Source of the DNA: an uncultured Candidatus Saccharibacteria bacterium | Lineage (GTDB): Bacteria > Patescibacteriota > Minisyncoccia > Minisyncoccales > PWPS01 | Assembly: GCA_964435025.1 (NCBI GenBank) | Contig: CAYSXL010000001.1 | Span: forward strand, 1 to 57,118 | DNA: 57,118 nt | Direction: 5' to 3' | Shown: positions 45,470-53,548 of the stretch, one piece after another | Position numbering within the stretch: position 1 is the first letter of the stretch | Layout: every line of letters starts with the position of its first letter | Translations under genes and position numbers: made by a program | The notes under the pieces: generated by a model | Seen by the model: only the letters and a program-made list of their open reading frames with translations | Databases searched by the model: none | Told to the model about the DNA's origin: nothing

Positions 45470-46557
45470 AAAATAAAAAACCTGATTACATATTAATTAC
45501 GGCTGTTTCGCTAATTATTTTTCTTGGTCTTTTTGCACTGGCAAGTGCTGCTTCAGTGGGCTCGGAAACCAGATTTTTTCAGCAGATGATACTTGGACTT
45601 ATTCCCGGAATTTTAATAGCTATTGTACTTTTTAAAACGCCCCTTTCTTTAATTCAAAAGTGGTCTCCCCATCTTTTGTTTGCAAATCTTTTTCTGCTTT
45701 TTTTGGTTTTCATTCCTTTCTTGGGAGCGACGAAAGGCGGGGCGACAAGGTGGATAGAGTTGGGACCGCTCTCTTTTCAGCCTGCGGAATTTTTAAAACT
45801 GACATTTATATTGTATATTTCCAGCTGGCTTGTCATGAGAGAGAAGAAAATGAAAAAGAAAAAGGCTTTACCGCATATAATGACACTTCTTCCTTTTGCT
45901 CTTGTCTCCCTGTTCATCGGAGTGCTCCTCATAGTGCAACCCGATATGAGCACCTTGGGTGTTATTTTGCTTACCGGTTTGATAATTTATTTTAACGGGA
46001 GGACTCCTTTATGGCATAGCGCCGCTCTTATTTTTGCCGGAGGAGTGTCATTTTTTTTACTTATCAGACTCGCACCTTACAGATTTAGCCGAATCGTAGG
46101 GATGTTAAACCCCGACATAGATCCGTTGGGAATAACTTATCAGATAAGACAAGCGCTTATTGCCATTGGTTCCGGAGGTATTTTTGGGCTTGGCTTGGGA
46201 ATGAGCCAACAAAAGTTCGGCTTTCTCCCTTATCCGGGATCGGATTCTATTTTTGCCGTGTTTGCCGAGGAAACAGGATTTATCGGTGCCATTATTTTGC
46301 TCGTTTTGTTTCTCGTATTCTTTTGGAGAGGTTTCTTAATCGCGAGAGATAACAAAAGCGGGTTTGCCAGATTGCTTAGTATTGGTATTTGCAGTTGGAT
46401 ATTTATCCAGGCGGTGGTGAATATGGGAGTAATGACAGGTATCCTTCCCGCTACGGGAATTCCGTTACCCTTTATTAGTTATGGAAAATCGCATCTTATT
46501 GTGGAGCTGGCGGCAGTGGGAATTTTACTTAATGCTTCACGGTTTGTGAGAAAATGA
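45466..46557 (+). CDS. ftsW: SEDS-family peptidoglycan glycosyltransferase (FtsW/RodA)
   Basis: FQPAEF.KL, PD.ST, and LP..G.PLPFISYG motifs. About 10 TM segments. Confidence 0.85.
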   Translation: MKNKKPDYILITAVSLIIFLGLFALASAASVGSETRFFQQMILGLIPGILIAIVLFKTPLSLIQKWSPHLLFANLFLLFLVFIPFLGATKGGATRWIELGPLSFQPAEFLKLTFILYISSWLVMREKKMKKKKALPHIMTLLPFALVSLFIGVLLIVQPDMSTLGVILLTGLIIYFNGRTPLWHSAALIFAGGVSFFLLIRLAPYRFSRIVGMLNPDIDPLGITYQIRQALIAIGSGGIFGLGLGMSQQKFGFLPYPGSDSIFAVFAEETGFIGAIILLVLFLVFFWRGFLIARDNKSGFARLLSIGICSWIFIQAVVNMGVMTGILPATGIPLPFISYGKSHLIVELAAVGILLNASRFVRK

Positions 46558-46569
46558 TATAATGTTGTT

Positions 46570-47721
46570 ATGAGTGAGGAAAAGAAAAAAAGATACAGGA
46601 TTATTTTTACGGGAGGAGGAACGGGAGGGCATATCTTTCCGCTTGTTTCTATTATTAGGGAATTAAAAAAATTACTTCCCGACGAGTTTTTGGATGTTTA
46701 TTATATCGGGCCGAAAGACCCGCTTTCTATGGAATATTTGGATGGGGAGGGGGTGGATGTTAAATACATTTCTACGGGAAAAGTGAGAAGATATAAAGGA
46801 TTTAACGCAATACTTCAGAATTTTATCGACATTGCCTTTAGAATTCCCCTCGGGATATGTCAGTCTTTCTTCTATATTTATTTTCTTTCTCCCGATCTTA
46901 TTTTTAGCAAAGGAGGCCACGGGTCTTTTCCGCCAGTACTTACAGGGAAGCTTTTTCAAATACCGATATTTTTACATGAATCCGACTCCGTACTGGGTGC
47001 GGCAAATAAATTCCTTAAAAGTTTTTTTGCAGAGATATTTTCATCCTTTCCGGAAACAGAAGGAGTTGATTCCGATAAATTTGTTGTTGTTGGAAATCCG
47101 GTAAGAAAGGCGGTAATGGGTGAAGGTAGGGGAGAGGGGAAAGAAGCAATGGGAATTAAAAGCGAAAAACCGGTAATTCTTGTTTTGGGCGGTTCGCAGG
47201 GAAGTGAAAGAATAAATGAGTTGTTACTTTCTTCAATTACCGGAATTTTACAAGATTTTGAAGTAATCCATCAGTGCGGGGAGAATAATTATGACGCGGT
47301 AAACAAGGAGGTGAAAGCCGTCATTTCCGATGAGGGTCTTAAAGAAAGATACCACCCTTATCCTTTTCTTGATGAAAAAACACTCAGAAGCGCTTATGCT
47401 TGCGCCGATCTTATAGTGAGTAGAGCCGGCTCGGGAAGTATTTTTGAGATTGCGGTGAACGGGAGAGCGTGTATATTTATACCACTACCGGAGGCGGCAC
47501 AAAACCATCAGGTAAAAAATGCTTACCAATACTCTTCAAGAGGGACTTCAATAGTCCTTGAAGAAGAAAACCTTTCGTCACATTTTTTCCAAGGGAAAAT
47601 AAACGAACTTTTTTCGCCAATCGACCAAATCAGGAACATGGAAAAAAATGCGCGGAATTTTTCCAAGCCACGAGCAGGATATATAATCGCTTCCTATTTA
47701 AAGGAATATCTCACAAGATAA
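46570..47721 (+). CDS. murG: UDP-N-acetylglucosamine--N-acetylmuramyl-(pentapeptide) pyrophosphoryl-undecaprenol GlcNAc transferase
   Basis: FTGGGTGGHIFP, LGGSQGS, SRAGSGSIFE, and the Q..NA region. Confidence 0.9.
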   Translation: MSEEKKKRYRIIFTGGGTGGHIFPLVSIIRELKKLLPDEFLDVYYIGPKDPLSMEYLDGEGVDVKYISTGKVRRYKGFNAILQNFIDIAFRIPLGICQSFFYIYFLSPDLIFSKGGHGSFPPVLTGKLFQIPIFLHESDSVLGAANKFLKSFFAEIFSSFPETEGVDSDKFVVVGNPVRKAVMGEGRGEGKEAMGIKSEKPVILVLGGSQGSERINELLLSSITGILQDFEVIHQCGENNYDAVNKEVKAVISDEGLKERYHPYPFLDEKTLRSAYACADLIVSRAGSGSIFEIAVNGRACIFIPLPEAAQNHQVKNAYQYSSRGTSIVLEEENLSSHFFQGKINELFSPIDQIRNMEKNARNFSKPRAGYIIASYLKEYLTR

Positions 47722-47733
47722 CCCCAAAATTAT

Positions 47734-49296
47734 ATGAAGAATACGGAAAAAAATATTCGTGTCAGATTTGCTCCTTCACCGACGGGATATTTTCATATTG
47801 GATCTGCAAGAATAGCACTCTTTAACTTTCTTTATGCCAAAAAGTGTAACGGAACTTTTGTTTTAAGGATAGAAGACACCGATAGAGAGAGATCGAAAGA
47901 GGAATATGAGAATGACATTATGCGAAGTTTAAAATGGTTAGGTTTACAGTGGGAGGAAGGTGTATTCGAAAACAAAGAAAAAGGAGATTTCGGTCCTTAC
48001 AGACAAAGTGAGAGAGGCAAGATATATAAGGAGTATGTCAAGAAATTACTTGAAAGCGGGAATGCTTATTACTGTTTTTGTACCAAGGAAGAGTTGGAAG
48101 AAAGGAGGGAAAAACAGAAAACGAAAAAGGAAGCTCCACGTTATGACGGTAAATGCTTTAAACTTTCCGATGACGAAAAGAAAAAGAGGTTTGCACAGAA
48201 CAAAGATTACGTAATAAGGCTTCGCTTGCCCGAGAATGACACTATCGAATTTGAAGACTTGGTGAGAGGAAAAGTAAAATTTGATTCTAATGATATAGGA
48301 GGAGACTTTGTAATTGCAAGAGGAGACTTTTCTCCTCTTTATAACTTTGCTTGCAGTGTAGATGATTACGAGATGAAAATAACCCATGTTATAAGAGGAG
48401 AAGATCACATATCCAACACTCCCAAGCAGATTCTTGTCCAGCGTGCGCTCGGTATCCCGACGCCGGATTATGCTCATCTTCCTCTTACTCTCGGACCGGA
48501 TAAAAGCAAGCTAAGCAAACGTCACACTGCTGTTTCCTTGTATGAATACAAAGAGAAAGGATATCTTGCAAAAGGCCTTGTTAATTTTATTGCCTTTCTG
48601 GGATGGAATCCCGGTGGAGAAAGAGAAATATATTCCTTAGAAGAGATGATAAATTTGTTTTCATTTGATAAATGCCAGCGTTCAGGCGCTATTTTCAATA
48701 TCGATAAACTCAATTATATTAACGGATATTATATTCGCAACATGGATACAAAGGAGCTAACGAAGCTATGCGTTCCATACTTGCTTACAAGTAATTTAAT
48801 AACTCTTAGGTTTGAAGAAAGCCAGTATCCGCCGGCGTACGGGGGGACGGAAGTACGAGCCGATTATCTTATTACTGAAAAAAATGAATCTGCGAGTTTT
48901 GAAAAGATAAAGGCAATAGTTTCCCTCTACCAAGAGAGAATGAAAACGCTTTCGGAAATAAGTGAATTCGCCGACTACTTTTTTAGAGAAGAACTCGACT
49001 ACGGCAAAGAGCTACTTTTCTGGAAAGAGATGACAAAGGAAGAGATCGAAGATTCTCTGGAAAAAGGTATTGAAATATTATCGGGAATAAAAGAGTGGGA
49101 TATTGACTCAATACAGGAAAAACTAATAGAAGAAGCGAGCAAAAATAAGGACAAAGGAAGACTCCTTTGGCCTATAAGAGCGTCTTTAAGCGGTAAAAAA
49201 GCCTCTGCAAGCCCTTTTGAGATTGCGCAGGTTCTTGGTCCTAAAGACACTATAAAACGCCTTAAAACGGCAAAAATGAAGCTTAAAAATGGCTAA
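47734..49296 (+). CDS. gltX: Glutamate--tRNA ligase
   Basis: RFAPSPTGYFHIGSAR (HIGH), KLSKR (KMSKS), and RIEDTD. Confidence 0.9.
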   Translation: MKNTEKNIRVRFAPSPTGYFHIGSARIALFNFLYAKKCNGTFVLRIEDTDRERSKEEYENDIMRSLKWLGLQWEEGVFENKEKGDFGPYRQSERGKIYKEYVKKLLESGNAYYCFCTKEELEERREKQKTKKEAPRYDGKCFKLSDDEKKKRFAQNKDYVIRLRLPENDTIEFEDLVRGKVKFDSNDIGGDFVIARGDFSPLYNFACSVDDYEMKITHVIRGEDHISNTPKQILVQRALGIPTPDYAHLPLTLGPDKSKLSKRHTAVSLYEYKEKGYLAKGLVNFIAFLGWNPGGEREIYSLEEMINLFSFDKCQRSGAIFNIDKLNYINGYYIRNMDTKELTKLCVPYLLTSNLITLRFEESQYPPAYGGTEVRADYLITEKNESASFEKIKAIVSLYQERMKTLSEISEFADYFFREELDYGKELLFWKEMTKEEIEDSLEKGIEILSGIKEWDIDSIQEKLIEEASKNKDKGRLLWPIRASLSGKKASASPFEIAQVLGPKDTIKRLKTAKMKLKNG

Positions 49297-49591
49297 AAGC
49301 ATTCTAATAGTTATAGTAATCGCTTTTTTGGTGTATTTTGCCCTAAGCACCGAAAGAGGAGGGGATTTTGTTCGTTACCTTGGTGAACATACCGATCCCT
49401 TAAGGGATCGTGTGGAGAACATCTTTGAAGAAAGGAAAGAAATTGTAGAAGGAGAAATGGAAAAAGAAAAAGAACAAATAAAAGAAGAGGCGAAAGAAAC
49501 CGGGAAAAATTTTTGGGAGAGAATGATGGATTCTTTATTTGGCGATAGCAACAAAGATAAGGAAGAAATCGAAGAAAGCGAGGGAGATTGA
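49289..49591 (+). CDS. Small membrane-anchored charged/acidic protein
   Basis: ILIVIVIAFLVYFAL TM helix followed by an E/K-rich tail ending EEIEESEGD. Overlaps the gltX stop by 8 nt. Confidence 0.55.
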   Translation: MAKSILIVIVIAFLVYFALSTERGGDFVRYLGEHTDPLRDRVENIFEERKEIVEGEMEKEKEQIKEEAKETGKNFWERMMDSLFGDSNKDKEEIEESEGD

Positions 49592-49598
49592 CAAAAGG

Positions 49599-49635
49599 GG
49601 TAAAGTGATTATACTTCGTATAAGATAACTTTACC
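49599..49635 (+). other. Compound hairpin immediately after the operon stop codon (no U-tract)
   Basis: GGTAAAGT (49599-49606) pairs with ACTTTACC (49628-49635). An inner stem TTATAC-TTC-GTATAA spans 49609-49623. Confidence 0.5.
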
Positions 49636-49740
49636 GAAGTTTAAGACCAATACTTTGCCTTCTTGACGTAAAAACAGCGTTAACCCGATTATTGCCTTAT
49701 ATTCCTTTTATTACTACTTTTTTAAACTTCGGGAAAGTTA
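49626..49740. repeat. 17-bp inverted repeats bracketing direct-repeat copy A
   Basis: TAACTTTACCGAAGTTT (49626-49642) versus AAACTTCGGGAAAGTTA (49724-49740). They are complementary at 16 of 17 positions and 81 bp apart. Confidence 0.7.
49636..49726 (+). repeat. Direct repeat copy A (~91 bp, non-coding)
   Basis: GAAGTTTAAGACCAATACTTTGCCTTCTTGACGTAAAAACAGCGTTAACCCGATTATTGCCTTATATTCCTTTTATTACTACTTTTTTAAA. Contains TTGACG, 18 nt spacer, GATTAT. Confidence 0.85.
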
Positions 49741-49742
49741 AC

Positions 49743-49782
49743 GCAAGATTATGCGTAAACAATTCTGTTTCGCATAATCTGC
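49743..49782 (+). other. Long hairpin between the two direct repeats
   Basis: GC(A)AGATTATGCG pairs with CGCATAATCTGC, with one bulge, and is extended by AAAC/GTTT around a 6-nt loop. About 16 bp in total. Confidence 0.6.
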
Positions 49783-49788
49783 TTCATT

Positions 49789-49878
49789 GAAGTTTAAGAC
49801 CAATGCCTTACCTTCTTGACGTAAAAACAGCGTTAACCCGATTACTACCTTATATTCCTTTTATTACTACTTTTTAAA
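49789..49878 (+). repeat. Direct repeat copy B (~90 bp), ending 3 nt before the recombinase ATG
   Basis: Differs from copy A by 5 substitutions and one T indel (about 94% identity). The -10-like hexamer is GATTAC here. Confidence 0.85.
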
Positions 49879-49881
49879 TTA

Positions 49882-50838
49882 ATGCAGAAAAACAACACCC
49901 CCATAACAGAACACATACCTCGGTTTTTTGAATACTTGGATATCGAAAAAGGTGTCTCCAACAAGACGCAAGAAACCTATTCCCGATTCCTTAAGAGTTT
50001 TCTTGTTTGGCTCAAGGAAAACAATTTTGAAGAACTAAAACCCCATCAGCTGACCGACGAACATATTTGGAATTACCGTGTTTATCTTTCCAAACGTATA
50101 AATTCCAGAACCAAGACTCCTATATCAAAAAAGACGCGTAACTACTATCTTATTGCTCTCCGCGGGCTTTTAAATTATTTTGCGGACAGGAATATAACAT
50201 CTTTGCCGGCGGAAAAGGTAAAATTAACCAAGGAAGGAAACGAACGTACCGTAAAGTTCCTTGACTTGAAACAAATAGAAAAACTTCTCCTTTCTCCCGA
50301 TACAAAGACAAAATCCGGTCTACGCGACAGAGCCTTGCTGGAGACTCTTTTTTCCAGCGGAATGCGTGTTGCGGAGCTTGTCGCGTTAGATAAAGAACAA
50401 GTCAAAATAAATGATGACACGCAGATATTGGAAATATCCATTATCGGCAAAGGTGGTCATCCGCGAACGGTATATCTTTCAGAGCGTGCGGTAAACGCCC
50501 TTCGTGAGTACTTAAAAACCCGCCAAGACAAAGAAAAACCGCTTTTTATAAGGTATAAAGGGCCTAAAGAAGCATCAAAGCGGCTGACACCAAGGTCTGT
50601 GGAAGAAATAGTCAAAAAATATACCAAGAAAGCCGGTATTCCCCTAATGACGACACCACACACCTTACGACACTCTTATGCTACCGATCTTTTGGCGCAA
50701 GGAGTTGATTTAAGAGTAATCCAGGAATTTTTGGGCCATCGAAATATTGCCACTACCCAGATATATACCCATATTACAAGCCAGAAACTGAAAAATATTC
50801 ACAAAAAATTTCACAGTGGGAAAGAAATGAAAGAATAA
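49882..50838 (+). CDS. Tyrosine recombinase (XerC/XerD-like integrase family)
   Basis: N-terminal SAM-like core-binding domain. Catalytic signature R (SGMRVAEL), K (GKGGHPR), HxxR (HTLRHSYAT), H (LGHRN), Y (QIYTH). Confidence 0.9.
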   Translation: MQKNNTPITEHIPRFFEYLDIEKGVSNKTQETYSRFLKSFLVWLKENNFEELKPHQLTDEHIWNYRVYLSKRINSRTKTPISKKTRNYYLIALRGLLNYFADRNITSLPAEKVKLTKEGNERTVKFLDLKQIEKLLLSPDTKTKSGLRDRALLETLFSSGMRVAELVALDKEQVKINDDTQILEISIIGKGGHPRTVYLSERAVNALREYLKTRQDKEKPLFIRYKGPKEASKRLTPRSVEEIVKKYTKKAGIPLMTTPHTLRHSYATDLLAQGVDLRVIQEFLGHRNIATTQIYTHITSQKLKNIHKKFHSGKEMKE

Positions 50839-50862
50839 AATAAATAATGCCAAAATCTAAAG

Positions 50863-50916
50863 TCCAAATGCCAAAATAATTATCATCTGTCTTCTAATTT
50901 TTGGCATTTGGATTTT
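50863..50916. terminator. Hairpin terminator between the recombinase gene and a convergent small ORF
   Basis: TCCAAATGCCAAAA (50863-50876) pairs with TTTTGGCATTTGGA (50899-50912): 14 bp perfect with a 22-nt loop, followed by TTTT. Flanking AATGCCAAAAT / CATTTGCCATTT copies extend the imperfect palindrome. Confidence 0.55.
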
Positions 50917-51009
50917 GTCATTTGCCATTTCCCATTACTCTCTTCCCTACTTCGATTAATGTAAAAGGTTTTTATATTGACAATATAATAATAACTATTG
51001 TCTAATAAA

Positions 51010-51174
51010 TTAAATATCCGTTTGCTCGAATTGTAAGGGCTCTTTATTTTCCGCCTCCATTTTGGTTGTTATGATTCCCAATGAGAAAGAGAGCGTAGCG
51101 ACAAGGATTACCGCAATTATAAGCATAATATCGGAAGCGTTATCTTTGACAAAAGCTTTTATCTTTGGTAACAT
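51010..51174 (-). CDS. Possible small membrane protein (54 aa), below the ORF-track cutoff
   Basis: Reverse-strand ATG at 51174, reading MLPKIKAFVKDNASDIMLIIAVILVATLSFSLGIITTKMEAENKEPLQFEQTDI with one clear TM helix. No obvious SD, and it overlaps the rpmA promoter candidate. Confidence 0.35.
   Translation of the reverse strand: MLPKIKAFVKDNASDIMLIIAVILVATLSFSLGIITTKMEAENKEPLQFEQTDI
51146..51174 (+). promoter_or_regulatory. Sigma70-like promoter candidate for rpmA
   Basis: TTGACA, 17 nt spacer, TAACAT, about 38 nt upstream of ATG 51213. Confidence 0.4.
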
Positions 51175-51212
51175 ATCAGGGTATATTTTAAAAAGTTAGA
51201 AATTTTTCGATT

Positions 51213-51485
51213 ATGGCTACAACAAAGTCAGCAGGTACAGTCAAAACAGGCAGAGATTCAAAGCCGAAGTATTTAGGTATTAAACTTTCTGCCGGACAAA
51301 GAGCAAAGATCGGCGATATAATTGTTCGCCAACGGGGAACCAAATTTTTGCCCGGAAGAAACGTGAAAAAAGGTAAAGACGATACTCTTTATGCTGTAAA
51401 AGAAGGAGTTGTTAAGTTTGTTACGACTAAAAAGACGAGTTTCGACGGTAAGAAAAAAAGCGCTAAATTCGTTACTATTTTATAG
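51213..51485 (+). CDS. rpmA: 50S ribosomal protein L27
   Basis: GRDSKPKYLGIK...IIVRQRGTKF.PG.NV..GKDDTL.A...G.VKF. Confidence 0.9.
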   Translation: MATTKSAGTVKTGRDSKPKYLGIKLSAGQRAKIGDIIVRQRGTKFLPGRNVKKGKDDTLYAVKEGVVKFVTTKKTSFDGKKKSAKFVTIL

Positions 51486-53094
51486 CGGCTTTTATAAATT
51501 CGGTGAAAAGCGGATGTCCGGATATTGGTCTCGATTTAAATTCCGGATGGAATTGTACCCCCATAAAGAAGGGGTGCTTTTTTATTTCGATTATTTCCAC
51601 TAAATTATGTTTTTGATTTATTCCCGCGATAGTTAGGTTGTTTCTCTCCAGTATCTCCTTGAAATTGTTGTTTACCTCGAAGCGATGTCTGTGTCTTTCG
51701 CTTATTTTTGTCTTTTTGTATGCTTTATAGCTTTTTGTTCCCTTAAATATCTTACAGTCATAAGCACCGAGTCTCATTGTTCCTCCGTAATTGTCATTCT
51801 CAAGGACTTCTTTTTGTTCTTTCATTATATCAATTACGGGGTTTTTACAGGTTTTTTTTATTTCCGTAGAGGATGCGTCTTTCAAACCGCAAACATTTCT
51901 TGCATATTCTATAACGGCAAGCTGCATTCCCAAACAAAGGCCAAGGAAAGGGATATTATTTTTTCTGCAGTACTCGATTACATTTATTTTGCCCTCTATT
52001 CCCCTCTTCCCGAATCCTCCCGGTATAATGATGCCGTCGTATTCGGAAAGCTCTCCGGTATTTTTTTTATTTTCGTACCACTCGGAGGAAAGCCAGGATA
52101 TTTCCTCTTTGCGCCCTTCTTTGTTGCAAGCGTGTTTGATGGCCTCAATGACTGAAATATACGAATCCGCTAAAACAAAATCCCCTGTTTCGAAATATTT
52201 TCCCACGATAGCGATTTTTGCGGTCTTTTTCGCTTTTTTTGTTTTTTCAACAAATTTTTTCCATTCGGAAAGACCTTTTCCCTTTTTGGGCTTAACCTTT
52301 AGCTTTTTTAAGATTCTCTCCCCTATTTTATCTTCGTTGAAATTAAGAGGGACTTCGTAAATTGACTCTATGTCCGGAGCGGAGATAACATCTTCCGGAC
52401 TTATGTTGCAAAAAGTGGAGATTTTCTTTTTTCGTATATCGTCAATAGGAGAAGAAGATCTCCCGACAATAATATCGGGTTGAATCCCCGCCCCGTTTAA
52501 AAGCCTGGTGGCGCTTTGGGTCGGCTTGGTCTTCATCTCCCCTATCATATCGGGAATCGGCAAATAACTTACAAGTACGGTCAGAATATCTCCCGGATAT
52601 CTAAGTTTCATCATTCTTGCCGCCTCCAAGAAAAGAAGATTTTGGTATTCCCCGATTGTTCCTCCAATCTCTATCAGGACAAAATCGGATTTTGTTATAG
52701 AACCCGCCCTTCTGATTCTGTAAATAACCTCGTTGGGAATATGAGGTACTACCTCCACACATTTCCCGTCGTATTCCAGATTTCTTTCTCTATTTATAAC
52801 GGTTTGATAGACTTTTCCCGTTGTTAGATAGTTGTCTTTAGTGATGTTTTGGTCGGAAAAACGTTCATAATTTCCGACATCCTGATCACATTCGGCCCCA
52901 TCATCGGTTACGAAAACCTCTCCATGTTCAACGGGATTCATCGTACCGGCATCAACGTTAACATAGGGATCTATTTTCATCGCGGTAGTTTCATATCCTT
53001 TTGATTGCAGTATCTTGAGAATTGACGCGGTAGTAACCCCTTTACCAATTCCGGACATTACGCCCCCTGTGACAAAAATATATTTTCTCCTCAT
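51475..53094 (-). CDS. pyrG: CTP synthase
   Basis: [16 protein letters not shown], the GATase domain with GLCLGMQ, and the HRHR.E.N region. Its 3' end overlaps the rpmA 3' end by 11 nt (convergent). Confidence 0.95.
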   Translation of the reverse strand: MRRKYIFVTGGVMSGIGKGVTTASILKILQSKGYETTAMKIDPYVNVDAGTMNPVEHGEVFVTDDGAECDQDVGNYERFSDQNITKDNYLTTGKVYQTVINRERNLEYDGKCVEVVPHIPNEVIYRIRRAGSITKSDFVLIEIGGTIGEYQNLLFLEAARMMKLRYPGDILTVLVSYLPIPDMIGEMKTKPTQSATRLLNGAGIQPDIIVGRSSSPIDDIRKKKISTFCNISPEDVISAPDIESIYEVPLNFNEDKIGERILKKLKVKPKKGKGLSEWKKFVEKTKKAKKTAKIAIVGKYFETGDFVLADSYISVIEAIKHACNKEGRKEEISWLSSEWYENKKNTGELSEYDGIIIPGGFGKRGIEGKINVIEYCRKNNIPFLGLCLGMQLAVIEYARNVCGLKDASSTEIKKTCKNPVIDIMKEQKEVLENDNYGGTMRLGAYDCKIFKGTKSYKAYKKTKISERHRHRFEVNNNFKEILERNNLTIAGINQKHNLVEIIEIKKHPFFMGVQFHPEFKSRPISGHPLFTEFIKAAIK

Positions 53095-53537
53095 TCTTCT
53101 TTGCTTATAGTTATTTTAATTACGGACTCAATTCCGTGTTTAAATTTAAGTTTTACTTCATGTTCGCCAAGTTCTTTTATCGGATTTTCCAGCTCGATAT
53201 CCTCCTGCCTAACACTAAAGCCGGTCTCTTTCATTTTCTCGGCAATTTTTTGAGTAGTGACTGATTCAAAAAGCTGGTCTTTTTCTCCTACTTTGACTTT
53301 AATTTCCAATTCTTTGTTTTTTATTTCTTCCGCGAGAGCCTTTATATCTTCAAGCTCTTTCTCTTTATTCTTCTCTTTTTTCTCCAATTGTTGTTTTGCA
53401 ATTAAAATATCTTTTTTTGTAGCAATTTTTGCAAAACTATTTTTCAGTAAAAAATTTCTTCCGTATCCGTCGGAAACTTCTTTGATTTCATGTTTCTTTC
53501 CGAGGTTATTTACATCTTTAAGCAGTATAACTTTCAT
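53091..53537 (-). CDS. rplI: 50S ribosomal protein L9
   Basis: [31 protein letters not shown]. Its stop overlaps the pyrG start. Confidence 0.9.
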   Translation of the reverse strand: MKVILLKDVNNLGKKHEIKEVSDGYGRNFLLKNSFAKIATKKDILIAKQQLEKKEKNKEKELEDIKALAEEIKNKELEIKVKVGEKDQLFESVTTQKIAEKMKETGFSVRQEDIELENPIKELGEHEVKLKFKHGIESVIKITISKEE

Positions 53538-53548
53538 ATACTTTTAAA

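Noticed and set aside
49609-49623. Resemblance of TTATACTTCGTATAAG to the loxP arm ATAACTTCGTATA
   Set aside because: Only a 10-nt match. There is no second arm at an 8-bp spacer, and the local palindrome has a 3-nt loop. This is probably coincidence in AT-rich DNA. It is kept only as part of the hairpin description.
49768-49797. dif-like similarity: TTCGCATAAT resembles the XerC arm GGTGCGCATAA of E. coli dif, and TTATGCGTAAAC (49749-49760) resembles the XerD arm TTATGTAAACT/TTATGTTAAAT
   Set aside because: In neither case is there a properly spaced (6-8 bp) partner arm. The two look-alike arms are the two halves of one long hairpin with a 15-nt loop. I cannot call a dif site from this, and it needs comparative or terminus-skew evidence.
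49636-49878. Possible CRISPR array or integron attC sites next to the recombinase
   Set aside because: There are only two repeat copies, each ~90 bp, with a 62-bp hairpin spacer and no cas genes, so this is not CRISPR-like. The recombinase has ordinary Xer-like length, with no obvious IntI-specific insertion, and is co-directional with the repeats. The repeats also lack RYYYAAC/GTTRRRY core pairs (GTTAACC does not fit).
50930-51010. Imperfect inverted repeat ATTGACAATA...TATTGTCTAAT and catttg-type short repeats downstream of the recombinase, considered as a possible second att-like site
   Set aside because: There is no convincing sequence match to the 49592-49881 repeats beyond a 7-nt TACTTCG. 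The AT-rich palindromes are adequately explained as terminator or spacer sequence between convergent genes.
51685-52360. Long antisense ORFs inside pyrG (156 and 189 aa). Similar shadow ORFs lie inside the GT3 gene (6627-7244), the GerMN gene (12897-13526), pgeF (33001-33576), galU (33927-34442) and gdh (21302-21724).
   Set aside because: All lie opposite genes with unmistakable conserved motifs. Their translations are low-complexity (F/S/L/I-rich), and none has a start context. This is typical stop-codon-poor antisense frame behaviour in AT/GA-rich coding DNA.
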